Positions 15,458-23,304 of a stretch of DNA of 32,000 nt are shown here, in pieces. The stretch is from positions 75,042 to 107,041 of the forward strand of contig JAMXCW010000002.1 in assembly GCA_024451685.1 (NCBI GenBank), written 5' to 3'. Under the pieces are notes generated by a model. The model was not told the DNA's origin, ran no database searches, and was given only the letters and a program-made list of their open reading frames with translations. Made by a program: the position numbers and the translations under genes. Numbering within the stretch: position 1 is the stretch's first letter; the number at the start of each line of letters is the position of its first letter. This DNA is from Candidatus Bathyanammoxibius amoris. Its GTDB lineage: Bacteria > Planctomycetota > Brocadiia > Brocadiales > Bathyanammoxibiaceae.

Positions 15458-16659
15458 ACCCTACCAAAAACAACGCTGGCATTATTACCGCCAAAGGCAA
15501 ACGAGTTATTCAAGGCGAATCTAACCTCTTTGTTTCTTGCCTCATTAGGCACGCAATCCAGGTCGCATTCCGGGTCCTTTGTCTCGTAGTTTATCGTCGG
15601 GGGGAGTTCTCCAAACTTTATGGCCAGGCAGCACACGGCAGACTCAATGGCGCTTGCCGCTCCCATGGTGTGGCCGATCATTGACTTTACCGAGCTGCAT
15701 GGAATCTGCGGGGTTCTCTCTTTAAAGACCGTCTTGACTGCAAGGGTTTCCATTTTGTCATTCAGCGGCGTGCCTGTGCCGTGCGCGCTTATATAATCTA
15801 CGTCCTCATACGAAAGCTTGGCGCATCCCAGTGCCGCCTCCATTGCCCTGATAGCGCCTTCCCCTTTAGGATGGGGAGCGGTCATGTGAAAACCGTCGCT
15901 GCTGAGACCGTAGCCCTTTACTTCAGCATATGTGTTCGCGCCGCGTTTTGTTGCATGCTCCAGAGTCTCAAGTATCAGCATCCCCGCGCCGGCCCCCACG
16001 ACCAGACCCTGTCTGTTTTTATCAAACGGCTGGCATTTCTCCGGCGCCAGGGCCTTCAGGTTGTGGAAGTGCGTAAATTCAGTTTGCGGTACTATGTCGC
16101 TTCCGCCGACTACCATTGCGTTAACCTTTCCTTCCTGCAGCATGTCAAAGGCCCAGCACAGGGCATGGTTTCCGGAGGAGCAGGCGTTAATCAGAATGAT
16201 ATTGGGACCTTCTACGTGAAAATCTTCTGCCAGCTGAGTCGATAAGGTCGCCGGGGGATAACGCAGGACCACGTCCAGACTAAACCCGGAGGCCTTGTCA
16301 CGGGGGTTGTCCCTTAGCTTATGCTCAAAGGCGGAGAGTTCTCCGGCAAGCGTTCCTATGGACATACCGACTTTATCTATTTCCAGGCCCTTGTAGTCAA
16401 ATATGCCGCTATCTTGAAGCGCCTCCCTGGTAGCTACGTAAAGACAATCGTAAACAGTATATCCGTTCTTGGATGGTGGGGTACCGTTGGAGTTCAGACT
16501 TTTTAACTCACAGGCACGGTGAACCTTGTATCTGGAGGTGTCAAAGGTGGTAATTTCCGAGACACCATCCCGGCCATTAAGCATTGCTTCCCAGGATTTT
16601 TTTCTGTCCGAACCAATGGCCGTTACCAAGCCGAGGCCTGTCACAACTACTCTGGGCAT
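15454..16659 (-). CDS. beta-ketoacyl-ACP synthase, FabF-like, catalytic triad intact (second copy)
   Basis: 401 aa. IILINACSSGNHAL (Cys), [15 protein letters not shown] (His), [16 protein letters not shown] (His). Starts 16 nt after the radical SAM stop. Confidence 0.9.
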   Translation of the reverse strand: MPRVVVTGLGLVTAIGSDRKKSWEAMLNGRDGVSEITTFDTSRYKVHRACELKSLNSNGTPPSKNGYTVYDCLYVATREALQDSGIFDYKGLEIDKVGMSIGTLAGELSAFEHKLRDNPRDKASGFSLDVVLRYPPATLSTQLAEDFHVEGPNIILINACSSGNHALCWAFDMLQEGKVNAMVVGGSDIVPQTEFTHFHNLKALAPEKCQPFDKNRQGLVVGAGAGMLILETLEHATKRGANTYAEVKGYGLSSDGFHMTAPHPKGEGAIRAMEAALGCAKLSYEDVDYISAHGTGTPLNDKMETLAVKTVFKERTPQIPCSSVKSMIGHTMGAASAIESAVCCLAIKFGELPPTINYETKDPECDLDCVPNEARNKEVRFALNNSFAFGGNNASVVFGRV

Positions 16660-16675
16660 GATATGGATATCTCTT

Positions 16676-18157
16676 CTAAAAGACCTTCGTGGTTATCAGG
16701 CTGGAGGATTCGTTAAATCTTTCCTTCTTCCCTATCCGGCCCAGGGCCTCCTGGTACTTCCCGGAGGCCTCCAATTTTTGCAGGTTTTCTATGAAATGTG
16801 CGATGACTTCCCGCCAGTCCCAGTTGACCTTGAGGGCAAACATGGCGGAGTTGTTATTGTTCAAGGCCTGCCTCGAGTTTTGGAATCTCGCCCTGATGGA
16901 CTCGGTGGACCATAGCCGCTGCTGCAGGCGCTGTAACCCCTCGGTAAGCTCCTGAATGGAGAGATTGTTAAGGATGTGGACAAGGTGGTGAGACGTGTAA
17001 TATACCCAATCCTCGGGGAAGTTCGTACGGAAAAGCCTGTTACCACCCTCCAGACGTTTGTAAAGGGGGGTATTGATAAACGGGCAAAGTATGCCGCATG
17101 TCATTATGTCAAGGTTGGAACCCAGCACAAATTCCGATACCTCGTCAAAGGTGTCTATAGTGTCGGCATCATTGCCAAATATCACGGTACCCCAGACGGC
17201 TATGCCGTGTTTGCGAATGTTCTTAATGGCTTCATAATATTTATCTATGGTTATCCTCAGGTTGACGTGTTTGTTCATCGATTCCAGGGCTTCTTTATTC
17301 AGTGACTCTATCCCTATTAGCACCCCCACACAACCACTCCTGACCATGTAATCCAGGGTCTCGTCGTCCCTGAATATATTAAGTGACGTAAAACCGAACC
17401 AGTTCTGGTAGATGCCCCTTTCCACCATCTCTTTAAAGAGATTCCTGACCCTGTCGTTTGATTTTTTACTATGGCCGTAAAAATTCTCGTCGGTGAGCAC
17501 CAGCCCCCGGAACTGGCCCTGAATAGCCTCCATCTCGTCAAGCACGTCCTCTACGGGCCTCTCACGGTATTTGCGGCCCTGGGATTGAGGGACGGAGCAA
17601 AACTCACAACTGAAGGGGCACCCGGCAGATGTGGTTATTCCGGAGTAACGGTATTTATATTTCTTCTTCAGAAATTCCCTGTCGGGGTAAACTAACTTCA
17701 GATTTTCCAGCGGTGTAAGGCCGCCTTCGTAAAATTTCTGAAGACGTCCCTGTTCAAAATCCGACAGCAGCTTGTCCCAGATGGAAACGGCCTCTCTCTG
17801 TACGACACAATCTACGTGCTCGGCCACCTCATTGGGATAAATAGTCGCATGCACACCGCCCATTATTACCGGGATTTCCCTCTTCCGGCAGGCAGCGGCG
17901 ATCTGATAGGCACGCGGGGCCTGATAACTGACGGACGTTATCCCCACCAGATCCGCTCCCGGGAAACACAGGTTGCCGTTTTCGTCTACGGCGCTCTCCT
18001 CGGTTTCGTCTATTACGTCAACCTCCCAGCTATCCGGGGTCAGAGATACCAGGTAGCCCAGGTTTACAGGCATCTGGGCCAACACAGAGACGTTCTCCTC
18101 ACCGACGTTTCCTATCGGATGGGGATTTATAAGCACAAGTTTTCTTTTGCTTATCAT
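16676..18157 (-). CDS. B12-binding-domain radical SAM enzyme (paralog 2)
   Basis: 493 aa, colinear with the 8128-9573 product. Shared blocks include NPHP, YQAPRAYQIA, IMGG(I/V)HA, YPDRE(L/F)LKKKY and the CxxxCxxC motif TTSAGCPFSCEFCSVP. I estimate roughly half the residues are identical, by eye. Confidence 0.85.
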   Translation of the reverse strand: MISKRKLVLINPHPIGNVGEENVSVLAQMPVNLGYLVSLTPDSWEVDVIDETEESAVDENGNLCFPGADLVGITSVSYQAPRAYQIAAACRKREIPVIMGGVHATIYPNEVAEHVDCVVQREAVSIWDKLLSDFEQGRLQKFYEGGLTPLENLKLVYPDREFLKKKYKYRYSGITTSAGCPFSCEFCSVPQSQGRKYRERPVEDVLDEMEAIQGQFRGLVLTDENFYGHSKKSNDRVRNLFKEMVERGIYQNWFGFTSLNIFRDDETLDYMVRSGCVGVLIGIESLNKEALESMNKHVNLRITIDKYYEAIKNIRKHGIAVWGTVIFGNDADTIDTFDEVSEFVLGSNLDIMTCGILCPFINTPLYKRLEGGNRLFRTNFPEDWVYYTSHHLVHILNNLSIQELTEGLQRLQQRLWSTESIRARFQNSRQALNNNNSAMFALKVNWDWREVIAHFIENLQKLEASGKYQEALGRIGKKERFNESSSLITTKVF

Positions 18158-18249
18158 TATGTTTCTTTTTCCCGGTATTCTCTTACGTATAAACTCTACG
18201 CTGGATTGTGCCCTCTGGTAAGAACCTTACACACCGGGTGACACTCCCA

Positions 18250-18615
18250 TCAATACGCGCCAGTCACCAATAATACCTGCCCTATGGCGTGGTCTTTTGT
18301 GTGGGTTATTGATACGTCCCATGAGCCGACACCCTTTTCCTCGGCGAGTTCCTTCGCCCTCCCATAAAGTTTAAGGTAAGGACGTCCCGAGGAATCATTG
18401 AGCAACTCAATATCTGTCCACTTCATCCCCGTACCCAGGGCCTTTACCACCGCCTCTTTTACGGCAAACCTGGCGGCCAGGTGTTCAAACTTATTCCTCT
18501 TAGAGAGGCTGTACTCTACCTCCCTGGGGGTGTATATGCGGTCAATAAAGGATTCGTAACGGGTAAAAAGGTCTTTAATTCTTCCAACTTCCACCAGGTC
18601 GATGCCTATGTACAC
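18250..18615 (-). CDS. acpS: holo-ACP synthase (4'-phosphopantetheinyl transferase)
   Basis: 121 aa. IGIDLVEVGRI, RFAVKEAVVKALG and WDVSITHTKDHA are typical AcpS blocks. GTG start with GGGGAG 8 nt upstream. Confidence 0.9.
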   Translation of the reverse strand: MYIGIDLVEVGRIKDLFTRYESFIDRIYTPREVEYSLSKRNKFEHLAARFAVKEAVVKALGTGMKWTDIELLNDSSGRPYLKLYGRAKELAEEKGVGSWDVSITHTKDHAIGQVLLVTGAY

Positions 18616-18665
18616 ACCGATACTCCCCTAGAACTCCTCAAGAGAAAAATAACCCGTGTGTAGGG

Positions 18666-18694
18666 ATTCTATCTATTGTAGTAACAGTTGTCAA
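18666..18694 (-). promoter_or_regulatory. putative sigma70 promoter for locus B (acpS operon)
   Basis: On the minus strand: TTGACA (18694-18689), a 17-nt spacer, then TAGAAT (18671-18666). About 50 nt upstream of the acpS start. Confidence 0.5.
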
Positions 18695-18739
18695 CGAGAA
18701 ATTGACTGGTGGACCAGGTTATGCCTTACGCTCTTAATA

Positions 18740-18767
18740 TTGACAGCACAAAGGGATAGCATATAAT
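18740..18767 (+). promoter_or_regulatory. consensus sigma70 promoter for the MATE gene
   Basis: TTGACA (18740-18745), a 16-nt spacer, then TATAAT (18762-18767). The MATE ATG lies only 11 nt after the -10 element and has no Shine-Dalgarno. Confidence 0.55.
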
Positions 18768-18778
18768 AGCAACTTCTC

Positions 18779-20128
18779 ATGCATATCCTGGAACCCACAG
18801 AAAAAAACCTCAATAAAAACATAGCCCGCCTGGCCATTCCCGCTGCTGCCGAGAACATACTGCACCTGATGGTATTCATTGTGGATATCATCATGGTCGG
18901 CAGGCTGGGGACAGAGGCAATTGCCGCAGTGGGGATGGCGGGGGCGCTGAGTTTTGTACTGACCATGGTGTTTGCCTCAAGTTCTGCCGGCACGGTAAGC
19001 CTTGTGGCCAGATACTCCGGGGCCAAGGACAAGCCTACCGCAGAGCGAGTGGCGACCCAGTCATTGTTATTGGGACTAGTCTTAGGCCTCCTGGCCTTCC
19101 CCCTGCTCTATTTCTCCGCCGTAAACATTCTCTACATGATGAGCGCAGAACCGGATGTGGCCTTGCTTGGCGCCCTCTACTTCAAGATAGTCATATGTTT
19201 TCTCCCCTTCAGACTCATAATGCTGGCCGGTCATGCCGCCTTTAGGGGCGCGGGAGACACGCGAACGCCCATGCTGATTACGCTGGTGATGAACTGTCTG
19301 AACATCCTATTTAACTGGCTGCTCATATTCGGCATATGGATATTCCCCAGGTTGGAGGTGGCAGGCGCCGCCTGGGGCACCGCCATTTCTTATGTAGCAG
19401 GTGCCATTATGGTCGCGGTCATCATCTCCGGCGGCAGGGGGCTGATTACGGTAAAACTGCGCAATGTCCTTTCTCCAGACCCGGACATCATAAAGAGAAT
19501 AGTCAGGATATCGACGCCCGCGGCCATTGATGCCTTTCTTACCCAGGTGGGCTACCTGGTCTTTTTAAAGATAGTGGCTACGTTGGGCACAACGTCCCTG
19601 GCGGCGCATCAGATAGCCATCAGGATAGAGGCCTTCTCGTTTATGCCCGGTTACGCGCTGGCCGTTTCTACGGCCACGCTGGTCGGGCACAGTCTGGGGG
19701 CCAAAAACGAAGACCTCGCCCGGCTGAGCATGAGGCGGAGCTGCATCTACGCCCTCATAGTGATGTGCTCGTTCGGCGTCTTGTTCCTGCTCATTCCGGA
19801 ACCCCTGGCACGCATATTTTCACCTGAACCGAGCGTGTTACAGCTGACCGTAATCTGTGTTATGATTGCGGCGATAGAGCAGCCGGCGCTCGCCATCTAC
19901 ATGGTATACGCCGGCGGGCTGAGGGGAGCGGGAGATACGATGAGCCCGATGTTGATCACCATTATCGGGACGCTATTCATCCACGTGCCCACAGCGTATC
20001 TCTTCGGGATAGTCCTTGGCTGGGGACTGCCGGGCATATGGTTCGGGGCGGCGCTTGACTGGATACTACGCGCCATAGCGGTTTGCATACTCTACCGCCG
20101 GGGAAGGTGGAAGCGGGTAAAGGTTTGA
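18779..20128 (+). CDS. MATE family efflux transporter
   Basis: 449 aa with about 12 hydrophobic helices. N-terminal IARLAIPAAAENILHLMVFIVDIIMVGRLG and repeated RGAGDT motifs (FRGAGDTRTPM, LRGAGDTMSPM) are typical of MatE repeats. Confidence 0.85.
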   Translation: MHILEPTEKNLNKNIARLAIPAAAENILHLMVFIVDIIMVGRLGTEAIAAVGMAGALSFVLTMVFASSSAGTVSLVARYSGAKDKPTAERVATQSLLLGLVLGLLAFPLLYFSAVNILYMMSAEPDVALLGALYFKIVICFLPFRLIMLAGHAAFRGAGDTRTPMLITLVMNCLNILFNWLLIFGIWIFPRLEVAGAAWGTAISYVAGAIMVAVIISGGRGLITVKLRNVLSPDPDIIKRIVRISTPAAIDAFLTQVGYLVFLKIVATLGTTSLAAHQIAIRIEAFSFMPGYALAVSTATLVGHSLGAKNEDLARLSMRRSCIYALIVMCSFGVLFLLIPEPLARIFSPEPSVLQLTVICVMIAAIEQPALAIYMVYAGGLRGAGDTMSPMLITIIGTLFIHVPTAYLFGIVLGWGLPGIWFGAALDWILRAIAVCILYRRGRWKRVKV

Positions 20129-20165
20129 AGTAAACCATCCTCCATACAATTAGAGGGGAAGAAAG

Positions 20166-20726
20166 GTGTTTAAAATGGACTATATCAGAAAACCATTGTT
20201 TGCCATCGTCTTTACCGTCTTGATTGGATTTAGCCCTGCGTTTCCGGGTATGGAGTCTCGCACGGCCTATGGTATTGAGACAGACAGAAACAAAGAGGCC
20301 TTGTTAGAAACAAAGAAATGCCAGGGGTGCGACCTGCATGGTGTTAACCTGGCGGGGTTGGAACTGCAAGGCGCCAACCTGAGACGCGCCAAACTTGTTG
20401 AATCAAACCTTCAGGGTGCCGACCTGAGTGGGGCTGACATGAAGATGAGTCTCTTGAGGCGGGCCAACCTTGCCGGCGCTAAAATGGTTAATGCCGACCT
20501 GACAGGTGCATACCTTCTGGGCGCCAACCTGGAAGGAGCCAACCTTAAGGGAGTTGACCTTGCCAGTGCCACTCTGGATAATGCCAATCTGCAAGGCGCC
20601 AATCTGGAAGGCGCAAACCTGGCCTTCGTCGGTGTTGGAGAAGCGGACTTTAAGGGTGTAACGGGCCTTACCCCGGGGCAGAAAAAATATCTACGGTATG
20701 AAGGCGCCAAAAACGTACCCGAATGA
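20166..20726 (+). CDS. pentapeptide-repeat protein with N-terminal signal/anchor
   Basis: About 30 consecutive A(D/N)LxG-type pentapeptides (GANLRRAKLVESNLQGADLSGADM...GANLEGANLKGVDLASATLDNANLQGANLEGANL). Hydrophobic N-terminus PLFAIVFTVLIGFSPAF. The start is either GTG 20166 or ATG 20175. Confidence 0.8.
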   Translation: MFKMDYIRKPLFAIVFTVLIGFSPAFPGMESRTAYGIETDRNKEALLETKKCQGCDLHGVNLAGLELQGANLRRAKLVESNLQGADLSGADMKMSLLRRANLAGAKMVNADLTGAYLLGANLEGANLKGVDLASATLDNANLQGANLEGANLAFVGVGEADFKGVTGLTPGQKKYLRYEGAKNVPE

Positions 20727-20773
20727 TAGGAAACGATTACACGGTTCACTTGACCTAATAACAAATTTTTGCC

Positions 20774-20942
20774 GAGCAAGCTCTGCCGCTACATCGTTGT
20801 GTAGGTGTCATTCTGAGTTTCTTGAGCGAAGAATCTATAATAATGTTAGATTTTCGGGGGTGCCGCAGGTCTTTAGACCTGCGGAGAAGGCGAATCCGCC
20901 TCTGGCGTGACTTCGATCGTTCAAGTCCCTCAGTAATGACAT
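20774..20942. repeat. composite short-repeat/MITE-like element related to the 9.66-10.05 kb array
   Basis: Inverted termini GTGTCATTCTGAG (20805-20817) and CTCAGTAATGACAT (20929-20942). Internal hairpin CCGCAGGTC-TTTA-GACCTGCGG (20863-20884). The segment 20774-20804 aligns with 9881-9910. Confidence 0.5.
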
Positions 20943-20971
20943 TTGCGCAGGGATTTCAGGGCCGAAGCAGT

Positions 20972-21457
20972 CTAGTCCTTCTTTGCCACGCCCTTTTTCG
21001 ACAGTGTGACCCAGTCCGACCAATCCTCCCACTCGACAAACCGGGTCTTGTCGGTAAGCCAGTACTCGGTGCCCTTCCGCGTGCGGTTACAGACCATGTA
21101 GTCGGTGGTCTTGGTCTGTCTCTGGACGACGGGCCTGTAGTAATGGCATTCTACCTGGTGGAAGACTATCTTGGACTTGTCCTCTACCGGTATCAATTCC
21201 AGGTCCTCCGGTGTCAGTTCGCCCTTTTCGAGCATTTCCTTCGGTACGGCCACCTCGTACACAAGTTTCTCTTCCACCTTTATCGTCGCCATCTCCGGGT
21301 TGTAAGTCTCGTCCGGCACGGGGATAGTCGGGGCATTTCCCGTCATGAATATGTTCCGGCTGTAGGTACCCTGCACGGAGGTCTGGCAGGTCAAAATAAA
21401 AGAAAGCGCGCAGATTGCAGATACTGCGAGAAGACATCCCCTTTTTGAGAACTTCAT
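20972..21457 (-). CDS. exported hypothetical protein
   Basis: 161 aa. Signal-like N-terminus MKFSKRGCLLAVSAICALSFILTCQTSVQG, with a non-canonical lipobox. No family recognised. Confidence 0.5.
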   Translation of the reverse strand: MKFSKRGCLLAVSAICALSFILTCQTSVQGTYSRNIFMTGNAPTIPVPDETYNPEMATIKVEEKLVYEVAVPKEMLEKGELTPEDLELIPVEDKSKIVFHQVECHYYRPVVQRQTKTTDYMVCNRTRKGTEYWLTDKTRFVEWEDWSDWVTLSKKGVAKKD

Positions 21458-21595
21458 TTCTTAAATACCCTCCCATTAGACACGAACCGTAAAACCTAAA
21501 ATTCTTGAGATATTATAGTCCTGGTACGGGCCTCAGTCAATAAGCCCTTTTACGTAAATATCCTGCTGTAAAGCAATTGACGCATAAGGTCAGAG

Positions 21596-22507
21596 GTGCT
21601 ATATTTCGTAGACAATTTTATTGTGAGGGGACTGGTGGAAGAGGCTATCCGCAAGGCGGACACACTCATAGAGGCCCTGCCGTACATTAAGGCCTTCAGG
21701 GACAAACTGATTGTAATAAAGCTGGGCGGCAGCGCCCTGGCCGCGGGGGGTGAACTGCGCGGGCTTCTTGAGGACGTCATCTTCATGAAGACGGTGGGCA
21801 TGAGGCCCATACTCGTCCACGGAGGCGGGCCCCACATTACCGAGGAAATGGCAAAGAGGGGCAAAAAACCCAAGTTTGTTCAGGGACACCGCGTTACCGA
21901 CCAGGAGACACTTGATATAGTGGTAGACATCCTGATAAACGACGTTAATAAGGGTATACTGGACGAGCTTAAGGGTCTGGGGGACGAGGGAGTCAATCTG
22001 TGGAGGAATGGGCGTCCCCCGCTGAAGGCTGAACAATATATGGCAACGGACGAGGGTGGTAAAAAGATAGACCTGGGCCGTGTGGGGGAACTCTTGTCGA
22101 TAGAAGAAAAGGCGTTTCGTAAGGCATGCAATGCTGGTAAGATACCTGTAATAGCGCCGGTTGCGCGGGGCCGGGACGGCCTGTTAAATGTAAATGCTGA
22201 CAATGTGGCGTCCTTCATGGCCGGTTCCTTGAAGGCCGAGAAGCTGGTGTTTCTCTCAGACACGCACGGTATTATGACGGACCCTTCTTGTGATGATACC
22301 ACGGTATCCAGCCTGTCGAAGGCTGAGGTAATGTCGCTTGTCGCGAGCGGGGTAATCGCGGGCGGCATGCTGCCCAAGTCATGGGCGTGCCTCAGGGCGA
22401 TTGAACATGGGGTGAAGAAGGCCCACATAATTGACGGCAGGATACCCCACTCACTTCTACTAGAGATATTTACGGACAAGGGGATAGGCACACAAATAGT
22501 GCTATGA
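21596..22507 (+). CDS. argB: acetylglutamate kinase
   Basis: LIEALPYIKAFRDKLIVIKLGGSAL, ILVHGGGPHI, FVQGHRVTD and NVNADNVA are ArgB blocks. The true start is more likely GTG 21635 (AGGGGA 5 nt upstream) than the track start at 21596. Confidence 0.9.
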   Translation: MLYFVDNFIVRGLVEEAIRKADTLIEALPYIKAFRDKLIVIKLGGSALAAGGELRGLLEDVIFMKTVGMRPILVHGGGPHITEEMAKRGKKPKFVQGHRVTDQETLDIVVDILINDVNKGILDELKGLGDEGVNLWRNGRPPLKAEQYMATDEGGKKIDLGRVGELLSIEEKAFRKACNAGKIPVIAPVARGRDGLLNVNADNVASFMAGSLKAEKLVFLSDTHGIMTDPSCDDTTVSSLSKAEVMSLVASGVIAGGMLPKSWACLRAIEHGVKKAHIIDGRIPHSLLLEIFTDKGIGTQIVL

Positions 22508-23304
22508 GCAACGCGGGTCGGACGAAATTCGGCAGGTTCTTCATAGTCATTGGTAACGGGTTTCTGAATTTCGCGCAATCCGTGGGCGAGATGTGCCAGT
22601 TGCTGGCCGCATCCATACTGTGGTGCCGGGCGGTGTTTAAGAACCTGGACAAGGTTCTCGCCCAGATGGGCAAGGTAGGTGCGGACACGCTGCCCATTGC
22701 GAGCCTGACGGCGTTATTTATCGGGTTCGTACTCGCCCTGCAGATGGGCGTCGCGCTACAGACGTATGGCCAGGAAAAAAGTATCGGCGCGGTTGTGGCT
22801 ATATCTATGGCACGAGAACTGGGTCCGGTCCTGACGGCTATACTGGTCATTGGGAGGATAGGCGCCGCCATTACCGCCGAGCTAGCCACAATGAGCGTCT
22901 CTGAAGAGATTGATGCCATGAAGACACTTGGCATCAATCCCGTGCGCTATCTGGTTATGCCCAGGCTCCTCGCCTGCGTCATCATGTTGCCGTTGCTGGT
23001 CGTCTACGTGGACCTGGTGGGAATGATAGGCGGGGCCGCCGTGGCAAAGGCATATTTCGGCGTACCGTTCTTCATATACATTGAGAACCTAGAGGAGTGG
23101 CTGACCTTTGGGGATATTGCTCAAGGGATGGTAAAGGGGGCGGTCTTTGGCGTCATTATTGCGATAGTAAGCTGTCAGCGCGGGCTCGCCACGGTAGGCG
23201 GACCCGGCGAGGTGGGTCTTGCCACGACCAACTCAGTGGTTTTTTCCTTTGTAAGCGTTTACATATCCAATTATTTTGTTACCAGGCTATGGTTACTGCA
23301 ATAA
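22504..23304 (+). CDS. mlaE: lipid-asymmetry ABC transporter permease
   Basis: 266 aa. The MlaE-family pattern GADTLPIASLTALFIGFVLALQ...ARELGPVLTAILVIGRIGAAITAELATMSVSEEIDAMKTLGINP. Its ATG overlaps the argB stop (ATGA at 22504-22507). Confidence 0.85.
   Translation: MSNAGRTKFGRFFIVIGNGFLNFAQSVGEMCQLLAASILWCRAVFKNLDKVLAQMGKVGADTLPIASLTALFIGFVLALQMGVALQTYGQEKSIGAVVAISMARELGPVLTAILVIGRIGAAITAELATMSVSEEIDAMKTLGINPVRYLVMPRLLACVIMLPLLVVYVDLVGMIGGAAVAKAYFGVPFFIYIENLEEWLTFGDIAQGMVKGAVFGVIIAIVSCQRGLATVGGPGEVGLATTNSVVFSFVSVYISNYFVTRLWLLQ

Noticed and set aside
18691-19032. 113-aa minus-strand ORF spanning the divergent promoter region and the MATE 5' end
   Set aside because: It overlaps the consensus promoter and the MATE N-terminal helices in antisense. 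It has no RBS.
21880-22937. 232-aa and 155-aa minus-strand ORFs antisense to argB and mlaE
   Set aside because: They lie opposite well-supported genes. Their composition is Ser/Pro/Ile-rich, typical of antisense frames.
23097-23288. N-terminal extension of mlaF (track start 23097)
   Set aside because: It overlaps the mlaE coding sequence in another frame. ATG 23289 leaves a normal distance of about 45 residues to Walker A.
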